This document shows, in pieces, positions 44,535 through 53,379 of a stretch of DNA of 64,000 nt. The stretch comes from an uncultured Fibrobacter sp. (GTDB taxonomy: Bacteria > Fibrobacterota > Fibrobacteria > Fibrobacterales > Fibrobacteraceae), in the NCBI RefSeq assembly GCF_947166265.1, contig NZ_CAMVDO010000018.1:1093-65092 (forward strand). Direction: 5' to 3'. The notes beneath the pieces were generated by a model, which did not search any database, was not told the DNA's origin, and worked only from the letters and a program-made list of their open reading frames with translations. The translations under genes and the position numbers were made by a program. Numbering within the stretch: position 1 is the stretch's first letter; each line of letters begins with the position of its first letter.

Positions 44535-46091
44535 ATGAAGTTATTTGCAAGAATTTTATCTGTCCTTTTATTGCTAGTGGCGTTCGCAAGTGCCGACACC
44601 ACGACGATTGCCCCAGCAGACACCTCTGCAAGCACAATTGACACCGCCACTAAAACGGTCGAAGGCAAAAAACATGCCGTCTGGATCAAGCTGGAAGGCG
44701 ACGTGGAACCTTCCATGTACGATTTCTGCGCCCGAGCCATCGACGATGCGCTCCAGGAAAATCCGGACTACATCATCTTTGAAATCAACACCTTCGGCGG
44801 TCGCCTCGATGCAGCCTTCGACCTGGTGGACACCATCATGGCCGTCAAGGGGCCAGAAACCATCGCCCTCGTGAAAAAGAAAGCCATCAGCGCGGGTAGC
44901 CTGATCGCTCTCGCCTGCAAGAAACTCTACATGCTCGAAGCGACAACCATCGGCGACTGCGCCCCCATCGTGCAGGGTGGCGATGGCACTCCGCAGATTG
45001 TCGGCGAAAAAATCCAGTCCCCGCTCCGCGCCAAATTCAGGAACCTTGCCCAGCGCAACGGCTACCCGGAGCTGCTGAGTTCCGCCTTCGTGACACCGGA
45101 ACTCGAAATCCTCGAACTCACCGCCACGCTCGACAAAGGCAAGAAATCGCAACGCGACACGGTGCTCATTATCGAAGGTGAAAAGTACGCCGTCCTCGAC
45201 AGCGCCGCCAAGGCCTTCTGGGGCACCCCGAAAATCCTCGTGAAAGAAGGCGAACTGCTGACAATGACCGACAAGGAAGCCGAGGAACTCGGATTTTCCA
45301 AGGGGACCTTCAAGGACCGTGGAGAATTCGAAACGAGGCTTGCCATCGAAAGCCGCAGCGAAGTCGAAACCACCCTCGGCGAAGACATCGCCTCCGCCAT
45401 CGCCGCCATTTCGGGCATTCTCCTGATTCTCGGCTTCGGCGCACTCTACATCGAATTCAAGACGCCGGGATTTGGCCTGTTCGGAATCATCGGCATCATC
45501 CTCATCGGCATCGTATTCCTCGGACAGTTCGCCCCGCAGCTCGACGGCTACATTCCCGCCATCCTGCTCGTGGCAGGCGTAGTGCTGTTCCTTGTCGAAA
45601 TATTTGTAATGCCGGGAACATTCCTGTTCGGCATCGGCGGTATCGTATGCATGATCCTTGCGCTCGCGCTTTCGTTCGAACCCTCGGAAATGCCCGAATA
45701 CGTTCCCGAAACCATCGAGACCACCTTTGACGCCACCCCCTGGCTACTCGGACTCCTTTACATGCTCTGTTGCGCGGGCATCGCACTCGTGTTCCCGATT
45801 GCGGCAAGCAAGTACCTGATTCCGCTTCTGCCCGAAGGCTGGACGCCCATGCTCAAGACCGATTTGGAAACCGCCGCCTCACCCACCGAAGCAGTGCAAG
45901 AAGTCTCCGTCGGCGACACTGGCACCGCAAAGACATTCCTGCGCCCCGTAGGCCAGGCAAGCTTCACGCTGCCCGACGGCTCCACCAAGCTGTTTGACGT
46001 ACAGACGCATGGCGAAATCATAGAAGCCGGCCAGAAAGTCAAGATTGAATCTATTCAAGAAGGCCACATCTGGGTCGGACTAGACGCCTAG
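44535..46091 (+). CDS. nfeD: NfeD-family membrane-bound ClpP-class serine protease (long form)
   Basis: EINTFGG, AISAGSLIA, EFKTPGFGLFG, LFLVEIFVMPG, C-terminal OB domain G.A.T.LRP.G. Confidence 0.88.
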   Translation: MKLFARILSVLLLLVAFASADTTTIAPADTSASTIDTATKTVEGKKHAVWIKLEGDVEPSMYDFCARAIDDALQENPDYIIFEINTFGGRLDAAFDLVDTIMAVKGPETIALVKKKAISAGSLIALACKKLYMLEATTIGDCAPIVQGGDGTPQIVGEKIQSPLRAKFRNLAQRNGYPELLSSAFVTPELEILELTATLDKGKKSQRDTVLIIEGEKYAVLDSAAKAFWGTPKILVKEGELLTMTDKEAEELGFSKGTFKDRGEFETRLAIESRSEVETTLGEDIASAIAAISGILLILGFGALYIEFKTPGFGLFGIIGIILIGIVFLGQFAPQLDGYIPAILLVAGVVLFLVEIFVMPGTFLFGIGGIVCMILALALSFEPSEMPEYVPETIETTFDATPWLLGLLYMLCCAGIALVFPIAASKYLIPLLPEGWTPMLKTDLETAASPTEAVQEVSVGDTGTAKTFLRPVGQASFTLPDGSTKLFDVQTHGEIIEAGQKVKIESIQEGHIWVGLDA

Positions 46092-46093
46092 CA

Positions 46094-47440
46094 CTACTTG
46101 TGCGGAGTCCAGGTCAGGTAATAGCGGGCTGCATCCATCTGTTGCGGCGTAAAGGTCGAATATTCCCAGTCGTTGACTCCTATCGGGAACATCACATAAT
46201 GGCGGTCTGGGCACGAGTCACTATTGTGCCCATAATTCATGCATTCCGGAGTATCTCCGTAATCATCAAAGCCGCCTTCATCCGAAGTATGTTTCATTCC
46301 AAAGAAATGCCCCAATTCATGTAGCGCCGTACTTGCAATCATGTCGGATGAATGTTGAAATTCGCCCTTGAGGGCATGAGTCGCCATGGATATATAGTCG
46401 TTCGAAAAATAAAGTTGATCCTCTTCCAATCCATTATAAATATGTCCAGAAAGCGGAGAAAAACCGCCCACCGATTCCGATCCACCGATTTCATCGATAA
46501 TGTAATAACCCAACACGAAATTGATTTCACCCTCGTGCCCAGGCCAATGCGCGAGCGAATCTAGCAAGCCGTGGCCCCCCGAAGTCCTCTTGAAAATCAC
46601 ATCTTTCGAATCAGGGAATTCTGAACCTATCACAGGGTGATCTTTCGCGTATAAAACATTCACTTTTTTGACGGTTATTCCTCCCGGATTCATAGCACGA
46701 TTCAAGCGAAAGAGAATCTTGTCAGCCAATTCTTCTTCAGACAGGTCATCTTTTGTTCCCCGATACGATCCGGCAACAATCAAATTGACGTTAAAGCTCA
46801 GCGGATAATCTTTTCCATCTGTACTGGCGACAACAATATTCTTTAACGCCCCCTTGTACAGTGAGCCGTTTTCATAATACAGTTGAACCATTTTCAAATC
46901 ATACGAACCGTCATTAACATCTTCAAACAGGTCGGATTCCAAGGGGAAATACAGCCGATTTCCCTTTTCAATCGGCTCAATCACGCGAATCACCTTTTGC
47001 ACTTCCTCAAACGATTCAGAGTTTTCATCATAGAGATAAGATTCTTCAACAAACCCTAACAAATACTTTTGATTATCCGGCTTATCGAAACACACTAGGT
47101 ATCCCTGAGAATTTTCTACCGGACCAAACGAAAAATTTCCATACTGTGGGATACCGGGTTCCCAGGAATTCACCATTACAAGTCTATTGGAATTACGCAC
47201 AAAAGAGAATTTTCCCTCTTCTGGAACGGTATACTTTCCCGAATCGAAATAGCCGCGAAGACTACTCAGACTAGAATTCCATTTTTCAAATTTCCAGTCC
47301 CCGTCTCGATACTCAATTTCATCCGCACGCATCCAGATATCATCGTCTATGGAAGAACCCGATGCGACCTGCGAACAGCCAACAACGAATACAGAAAAAA
47401 AAGCCAATAGTGCAACGAACAAATTCGCTCTATACTTCAT
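46094..47440 (-). CDS. Lipoprotein zinc metallopeptidase (metzincin motif)
   Basis: Lipobox VVGC; HELGHFFGMKH followed by Met-turn YVMFP; AT-rich. Confidence 0.75.
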   Translation of the reverse strand: MKYRANLFVALLAFFSVFVVGCSQVASGSSIDDDIWMRADEIEYRDGDWKFEKWNSSLSSLRGYFDSGKYTVPEEGKFSFVRNSNRLVMVNSWEPGIPQYGNFSFGPVENSQGYLVCFDKPDNQKYLLGFVEESYLYDENSESFEEVQKVIRVIEPIEKGNRLYFPLESDLFEDVNDGSYDLKMVQLYYENGSLYKGALKNIVVASTDGKDYPLSFNVNLIVAGSYRGTKDDLSEEELADKILFRLNRAMNPGGITVKKVNVLYAKDHPVIGSEFPDSKDVIFKRTSGGHGLLDSLAHWPGHEGEINFVLGYYIIDEIGGSESVGGFSPLSGHIYNGLEEDQLYFSNDYISMATHALKGEFQHSSDMIASTALHELGHFFGMKHTSDEGGFDDYGDTPECMNYGHNSDSCPDRHYVMFPIGVNDWEYSTFTPQQMDAARYYLTWTPHK

Positions 47441-47589
47441 GAAATCAAACTCCTTCTCCTTTTCAATATAATCTCATTTTCAAGAGAAAAGAAGAAACCC
47501 CATAAAAAAACGCAAATTTCACCTAGAAACGGCCCTTTCCAGCTAAAAAATGGTATATTGAGCAAAGAAAACTTAATGGAGAAAAACAA

Positions 47590-48561
47590 ATGGACACTCT
47601 TTTGATCACTGGAATCATCGTCGCGGCGATTGCCGTTATCGTTTTGCTCGCCTTTATCGGCAAGTTCTTTAGCCTTTGGCTTCAGGCATTGTTTTCAAAG
47701 GCGAACGTGAGCATTTTCCAGCTCATCGGTATGCGTCTGCGTAAGGTGCCGCCGCAGGTTATCGTGGAAGCGCGAATCCTCAGCTGCAAGGCAGGTCTCC
47801 CGGTCGACACAAACTTGCTCGAAGCCCACTATCTTTCTCGCGGTAACGTACTCCGCGTGATCCAGGCTTTGATCGCCGCCAACAAGGCAAACATCAAGCT
47901 CGACTTCAAGGAAGCAGCCGCCATCGACCTTGCCGGCCGTAACGTGCTCGAAGCCGTGCAGATGTCCGTGAACCCGAAGGTCATCGAAACCCCGAAGGTT
48001 TCCGCCGTGGCTCTCGACGGTATTCAGCTGCATGCCATTACCCGTATCACTGTGCGCGCAAGCATCCAGAAGCTCGTCGGTGGCGCCGGTGAAGAAACGG
48101 TCGTCGCCCGTGTGGGTGAAGGCATCGTGTCTTCCATCGGTTCTGCTCAGAGCCACAAGGAAGTGCTCGAAAACCCGAACATGATTTCCAAGAAGGTGCT
48201 TGCCTCTGGCCTTGACGCCGGTACCGCATTCGAAATTCTTTCTATCGATATCGCAGATGTGGACGTGGGCCAGAACATCGGAGCTATCCTCGAAACCGAC
48301 CGTGCCGAAGCTGATAAGAAGATTGCTCAGGCAAAGGCCGAAGAACGCCGCGCCATGGCATACGCCGCCGAACAGGAAATGAAGGCCAAGGTCATGGAAA
48401 TGAAGGCGAAACTCGTCGAAGCCGAAGCCCAGATTCCGATGGCAATGGCATCTGCCCTTCGCGACGGCAAGCTCGGCGTGATGGACTACTACAACCTGAA
48501 AAATATCGAAGCCGACACACAGATGCGCAAGGAAATCGGCAGCGCACCCGAGGCGAAGTAA
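47590..48561 (+). CDS. floA: Flotillin-like protein FloA (YqfA/UPF0365)
   Basis: [66 protein letters not shown]. Confidence 0.93.
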   Translation: MDTLLITGIIVAAIAVIVLLAFIGKFFSLWLQALFSKANVSIFQLIGMRLRKVPPQVIVEARILSCKAGLPVDTNLLEAHYLSRGNVLRVIQALIAANKANIKLDFKEAAAIDLAGRNVLEAVQMSVNPKVIETPKVSAVALDGIQLHAITRITVRASIQKLVGGAGEETVVARVGEGIVSSIGSAQSHKEVLENPNMISKKVLASGLDAGTAFEILSIDIADVDVGQNIGAILETDRAEADKKIAQAKAEERRAMAYAAEQEMKAKVMEMKAKLVEAEAQIPMAMASALRDGKLGVMDYYNLKNIEADTQMRKEIGSAPEAK

Positions 48562-48577
48562 CCGACTGTAGGGCATT

Positions 48578-49393
48578 ATGGAAACCCTCATTTTCATAGC
48601 CATCGCGGTCGTCATCACGATCATCCAGAAGAAGCTGGAAAAGACGAAGGAGCAACAGAACCAGTTGCCCCGCCACCAGGAACAGCATCGCGAAAACGGA
48701 GAATCAGATGATGATACGCAGGAAGCCGAACACCTGCCCCCGCGTTCGTTGCAGGACCTGATTCGTCAATTCGAAAATGCACAGCGTCAGGCTTCACAGG
48801 GCAACATTGAGCCGCCGACACCACCCGTACAAAAGCGTGATCCCAACAAGCCGCTGACACTTCGCGACATTGCCGAAGTCGTCATCGGGGTGGATTTCAT
48901 CAACCTGGAATTTCTGATGGAAGAATTCGACGTTGACGAAAATACGGCCGCCGAAATGCTGATGGACCTGCAAGACCACCGCATCGTCGGTCACGACATG
49001 GGCGAAGGCGACTGCGACGTACTCGTGCACGACCTGGACGAACTCGACAATCTCTTAAGCCACGAGAAACGAGCCAAGCAAGAACGGGAATCCGCAAATC
49101 GCGAGCGACATGACAACGACGCGGAACGCGAACGCATTGAAGCCCGCCGCCAGGAACTGGACCGGCAGCGGGAACTCAACGCACTCGAAGAACGCGCCAA
49201 GACAGCCCGCGAATCTGCCGCAGCGATTTCCAACATGGATGCCGCCGAAGCATCCGCTGCAGGAATTCCGGCACCGCGCCGTGCGCCCCTTGTTTCAGCT
49301 AGGAGCCTAGCCGACGTGCGCAAAGGGTTCATCTGGGCAAAAGTCCTGGACGAACCCCGCTTCAAGCGCCGTTGGAGTGCGCAGTACCGATAA
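48578..49393 (+). CDS. Hypothetical membrane-anchored coiled-coil protein (YqfB-like position after floA)
   Basis: N-terminal TM helix, charged coiled coil, C-terminal GFIWAKVLDEPR. Confidence 0.7.
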   Translation: METLIFIAIAVVITIIQKKLEKTKEQQNQLPRHQEQHRENGESDDDTQEAEHLPPRSLQDLIRQFENAQRQASQGNIEPPTPPVQKRDPNKPLTLRDIAEVVIGVDFINLEFLMEEFDVDENTAAEMLMDLQDHRIVGHDMGEGDCDVLVHDLDELDNLLSHEKRAKQERESANRERHDNDAERERIEARRQELDRQRELNALEERAKTARESAAAISNMDAAEASAAGIPAPRRAPLVSARSLADVRKGFIWAKVLDEPRFKRRWSAQYR

Positions 49394-49415
49394 AATCAAA
49401 TCATCTTCATATACG

Positions 49416-49445
49416 AAAAGGGCCTCTCTAAAGAGGCCCTTTTTA
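49416..49445. terminator. Bidirectional Rho-independent terminator
   Basis: AAAAGGGCCTCT-ctaa-AGAGGCCCTTTTTT between convergent genes. Confidence 0.9.
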
Positions 49446-49489
49446 CGTTGCAAGAGATTTTTTACACCGACGCAAGAAAACTCAAGAGT

Positions 49490-50290
49490 TTAATTCTTAG
49501 AGAATCTCGACAAGAATTGCGACAGGCGTTCATTTCCGGACTGGTTGAACACGAAATCAGGGGTTCCCTGTTCCACGATAACACCGCCATCCATAAAGAT
49601 GACCTTGTCCGCAACATCGCGGGCAAAAGCCATTTCATGCGTCACGATAACCATCGTCATCTTATCTTCGGCAAGTTTCTTGATAATCTTGAGCACTTCG
49701 CCGGTAAGCTCCGGATCCAGCGCAGAGGTCGGCTCGTCAAAGAAAAGAATCTTCGGGTTCATCGCCAAGGCACGAGCAATGGACACACGCTGCTGCTGGC
49801 CACCGCTAAGTTCACAAGGGTACGCCTTTTCCTTCCCTTCGAGTCCCATACGCTTGAGCAAGGAACGCCCCATAGCGCGAGCTTCTTCACGGGAGTCTCC
49901 CAACACACGCACCGGAGCCAGGCAAAGATTCTGAAGCACCGTCAGGTGCGGGAACAAGTTGAAGTTCTGAAACACGAGCCCCGTCGAAAGGCGGATTTCG
50001 CGCAGCACCTTCGCCGACGCATACTTGACGGGAGCACCCTTTTCACCAGGCAACACCATGTCTTTGCCGTCCACCTGCACCAGGCCACCGTCCACCGTTT
50101 CGAGCTGGGTAATACAGCGCAACAAAGTGCTCTTGCCGGAGCCACTCGGGCCAATAATCGAAAGCACCTCACCTGCATTCAAATCAAACGAAATATCCTT
50201 AAGCACATTATAGTCGCCAAAGGATTTCTTGACATGTTCCACTTTCAGGATCGGCGCAGTATCATTCACATTTTCCATTCCACGCCTCAC
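49490..50290 (-). CDS. Polar amino-acid ABC transporter ATP-binding protein (GlnQ family)
   Basis: GPSGSGKST, VFQNFNLFPH, LSGGQQQRV, FDEPTSALDPEL. Confidence 0.95.
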   Translation of the reverse strand: MRRGMENVNDTAPILKVEHVKKSFGDYNVLKDISFDLNAGEVLSIIGPSGSGKSTLLRCITQLETVDGGLVQVDGKDMVLPGEKGAPVKYASAKVLREIRLSTGLVFQNFNLFPHLTVLQNLCLAPVRVLGDSREEARAMGRSLLKRMGLEGKEKAYPCELSGGQQQRVSIARALAMNPKILFFDEPTSALDPELTGEVLKIIKKLAEDKMTMVIVTHEMAFARDVADKVIFMDGGVIVEQGTPDFVFNQSGNERLSQFLSRFSKN

Positions 50291-50946
50291 TTATAGTAGT
50301 TAAGCTTGCGTTCCAGATAAGCAAAAAGAACGCTCAGCAAAAGGTTTGCCACATAGTAGAATACGCCCGCCACGAACAGCGGGTAAATGCTCGCGTAGGC
50401 GGCCTGCTGTTTCTTGGCCAGCGCAAAAAGTTCCGTCACCGCAATCACCTGCGCAAGGGAAGTATCCTTTACCAGGGTGATGACCTCGTTCGCGCTCGCG
50501 GGCACCACACGCTTTACCACCTGCGGGAGGATAATGCGGAAAAACGTCTGCGAACGGGTCATGCCGAGCATGTAAGCAGCTTCGTACTGTCCCTTCGGAA
50601 CAGACTGGATTCCACCGCGGAAAATCTCAGCAAAGTACGCCGCATAGTTTATCGAGAACGCCACAATCACCGCCGGGAAACGGTCAAACGAAAATCCGAT
50701 TCCCGAATATTCGCTCAGGTAGTACGAACCAAAGTAAATCGCCACAATCTGCAACAAGAGCGGCGTTCCGCGCATCACCGAAATATAGAACGACACCGGG
50801 TAACGCACCACGCGCCACTTGCTCATCTTGAGTACCGCTATCAGGAGCCCAAGCGGTATCGAGAAAAGAAGCGTCAGCCCGAATATAGCGAGCGTCGTGC
50901 AAAATCCGCCCCAAAGAATCGGGAGTAAATTGCTCAAATCAGACAT
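50287..50946 (-). CDS. Polar amino-acid ABC transporter permease
   Basis: RGTPLLLQ, AAYFAEIFRGGIQSVPKGQYEAA..LG, KDTSL. Confidence 0.95.
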   Translation of the reverse strand: MSDLSNLLPILWGGFCTTLAIFGLTLLFSIPLGLLIAVLKMSKWRVVRYPVSFYISVMRGTPLLLQIVAIYFGSYYLSEYSGIGFSFDRFPAVIVAFSINYAAYFAEIFRGGIQSVPKGQYEAAYMLGMTRSQTFFRIILPQVVKRVVPASANEVITLVKDTSLAQVIAVTELFALAKKQQAAYASIYPLFVAGVFYYVANLLLSVLFAYLERKLNYYK

Positions 50947-50952
50947 ATTAAC

Positions 50953-51019
50953 TCAGAGGCGCACTGCGCCGACCTCAAACCTCAAAGCTCCCTCCCGTAG
51001 GGAGCGAGCCCCATACCTA
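50953..51019. repeat. REP-like element of the CTCARAG..CGACCT family
   Basis: ctcagaggcgcactgcgccgacctca...ctcccgtagggag...catacCTA; overlaps the TAG of the binding-protein gene. Confidence 0.55.
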
Positions 51020-51826
51020 TTTACCGAACCACTTGGCAAAGATTTCGTCGAACTTACCATCGGCCTTCATTGCAGCCAAAGTCGAGTTCACGGCGTCGCG
51101 CAGAGCCTGATCCTTCTTGCGGAAGCCGATTGCATAGACTTCATCCGACAGGCCTTCTTCAAGCACCACGTAATCCTTGGCATTCGTCACAATCCAGTAC
51201 TTGGCGACAATTTCGTCGAGGAACACGGCATCGACACCGCCCTTGTCCAAATCCATCAGGGCCGTCTGGTTATCGTCAAACGGGACGATATCCTTGGCAG
51301 CCTTACCCGCTTCGGAAGCATCGAGTAATTTCTGGGCGGTAGAGCCATTCTGCACGGCAATCTTCTTGCCCTTGAGCGATTCGAGGTTCGCAAGCGACTT
51401 GTCCTTCACGGTGAAAATCATACGGTTCTTGAGGTACGGGTCGCTCAAGTTCATCGCAGCAGCGCGTGCGCTGTCCACGCTCATACCGTTCCAGATACAG
51501 TCAATCTTGCCGGTATTCAATTCCTGCTCCTTCGCGTCCCAGGAAATCGGCTGCGTCTTAAGCTTTACGCCCAGGCGAGCGCAAACTTCAGTCGCAAGGT
51601 CGATATCGAAACCCACGATATTGTTGTCCTTGTCCCTAAAGCCCATCGGCGGGAAAGAATCGTCGAGGCCGAGCACGAACTCGCCTGCAGCCTTCACCTT
51701 GTTCAGGGATTCATCGGCCTGAACCTTGGCAGGTTCATTCTGAGCCGATTCATTTTTCGCCTCGTTACAGGCAGAAAGAAAAGCGGCACAAGCGACCGCA
51801 GCAAGCATCGTAAAGATTTTCTTCAT
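51017..51826 (-). CDS. Amino-acid ABC transporter substrate-binding lipoprotein
   Basis: Lipobox FLSAC; GLDDSFPPMGF, GFDIDLA, WNGMS, GFRK.D. Confidence 0.95.
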   Translation of the reverse strand: MKKIFTMLAAVACAAFLSACNEAKNESAQNEPAKVQADESLNKVKAAGEFVLGLDDSFPPMGFRDKDNNIVGFDIDLATEVCARLGVKLKTQPISWDAKEQELNTGKIDCIWNGMSVDSARAAAMNLSDPYLKNRMIFTVKDKSLANLESLKGKKIAVQNGSTAQKLLDASEAGKAAKDIVPFDDNQTALMDLDKGGVDAVFLDEIVAKYWIVTNAKDYVVLEEGLSDEVYAIGFRKKDQALRDAVNSTLAAMKADGKFDEIFAKWFGK

Positions 51827-51883
51827 AAGAAGCTCCTTTTTGCAGAGAATATAGAAAGATTTCTACCGCAATCCACTCATCCG

Positions 51884-52639
51884 CTAAAAATAATAGGACG
51901 CTCCAAACTGAATATTCCATAGCCTTGCAGGGGTCGCCATCCTGTACGTCTCTCCTTCCTTAATTTCAACGACGCCCGAATGTTCAATGCGGGTCATGTC
52001 GAATGTAAGTCTAAAGCCAACCCCTATCATGTGCCGGCGGAAAACGGGAAACGTGATACCCGCACCACCCAACACGGAATAACCGAGTTTTTCTTGTTCA
52101 AATTCATGCTCGTCGTCGCCATCCTTATCCGTTATCTCGCCATCGAAATTAAAGACAATCTGAGCGCCCGCTTCTAGATACATATAACGAACAGGTCTCA
52201 GGCGCATCAACAACGGAAACGAGGCGCTGTAAACATACAAATAGTATTCTTCGATATCGTAAGTACCATAACCTTTCCATTCTTGTCGCGAATATACCTG
52301 CTTGTTCAGCCGGTGTTCCACAAAACGCATATCGGCCTCAGCGGCAAGTCCAAAATAATCGTTCAACATATACCAGGCGCAAACACCGAATTCCATTCCG
52401 AAGCCGGTACGTAAAACCGAGTTTTCCCACACTTCATTGCTATAGGAATCGAAAACGCCTTTCACGCGCTTGTTATTCCAGGCATTCGACAGCAAAACGG
52501 ATAACCGGGGCCCCCAATAAAGCGATTTCGAAGAAGCTTCCGCCGGAGACCCTTCGACAGTCTGCGGCGTCGCAAAGGCATGTCCGGCCAAAGCAAACAT
52601 GAGCCCCAAAACAAAGAAATATCTTTTCACACTTTTCAT
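51884..52639 (-). CDS. Outer-membrane beta-barrel (porin-like) protein
   Basis: Signal peptide from MKSVKR; alternating hydrophobic strands; C-terminal IQFGASYYF. Confidence 0.65.
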   Translation of the reverse strand: MKSVKRYFFVLGLMFALAGHAFATPQTVEGSPAEASSKSLYWGPRLSVLLSNAWNNKRVKGVFDSYSNEVWENSVLRTGFGMEFGVCAWYMLNDYFGLAAEADMRFVEHRLNKQVYSRQEWKGYGTYDIEEYYLYVYSASFPLLMRLRPVRYMYLEAGAQIVFNFDGEITDKDGDDEHEFEQEKLGYSVLGGAGITFPVFRRHMIGVGFRLTFDMTRIEHSGVVEIKEGETYRMATPARLWNIQFGASYYF

Positions 52640-52735
52640 CTCGTCTCCTGCAATAAATATAATCATTTTGCGCAACAGGATACCCTTTTCAGTGAATTTA
52701 TACTAATTTTAGATTAAAGGGTCAAGGAATTTTAT

Positions 52736-53212
52736 ATGAGAAATCTGTTCAGGCGCATTACCGTATTCATTTGCTCGTTCTTCTGGAGCAATAACATAAG
52801 GCCATGCAACCCCATTCGTTTTATCCGAAAATACTGGGCTCAGCTGGCTCTTTCATCCATCGCCATACAGGCCATCGCCTGCGCCTACGGTGGTGAAGAC
52901 GGCTACGGCGGACAAATTTATCTGTGCAAGCCTCTATTTACCCTGCAAAAGAAATCCGACAAAAGCTACTCCAACTGTGAACAAGATATCGTCGACCAGC
53001 TGGTGATTGCAAAAGACATCCAAGACAATTTCAACAAGAGCTCCAGCGCCACTATCGAAGCCTGGAACGAGGCCATCGCCAACGCACGCGAAATCGCGGT
53101 AACCTGCGACATGAAGCACCTCAAGGCAGACACCACGCTCACAGGCTACATCTGCCCCGACGGGCGCACCCGCACCGTAGAAGAAGGCGAGCAGTACAAT
53201 TCATACCGCTAA
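52736..53212 (+). CDS. Hypothetical Cys-containing protein, possible lipoprotein
   Basis: 158-aa ORF with host codon usage; AIAC lipobox-like site after a long leader. Confidence 0.55.
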   Translation: MRNLFRRITVFICSFFWSNNIRPCNPIRFIRKYWAQLALSSIAIQAIACAYGGEDGYGGQIYLCKPLFTLQKKSDKSYSNCEQDIVDQLVIAKDIQDNFNKSSSATIEAWNEAIANAREIAVTCDMKHLKADTTLTGYICPDGRTRTVEEGEQYNSYR

Positions 53213-53347
53213 CGCGGCATTTTTCTTTGGGCGTTTCCCACTTCGTGGGTCGGGCTATACTCGCTTCGCTCACGAAGCCTTGCTCCCTAAAAAGTCAAAT
53301 AAAAAAGGCCCGCAAGTCTTCGCCCTACGGGTCACTATCCCTAACGC
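53212..53347. repeat. Composite palindromic element, copy B
   Basis: ACGCGGCATTTTTCTTTGGGCGTTTCCC..GGGTCGGGCTATA...GTCACTATCCCTAACGC. Confidence 0.7.
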
Positions 53348-53379
53348 AATTTTACAGCACCCATTAGGAAAAACCGATT

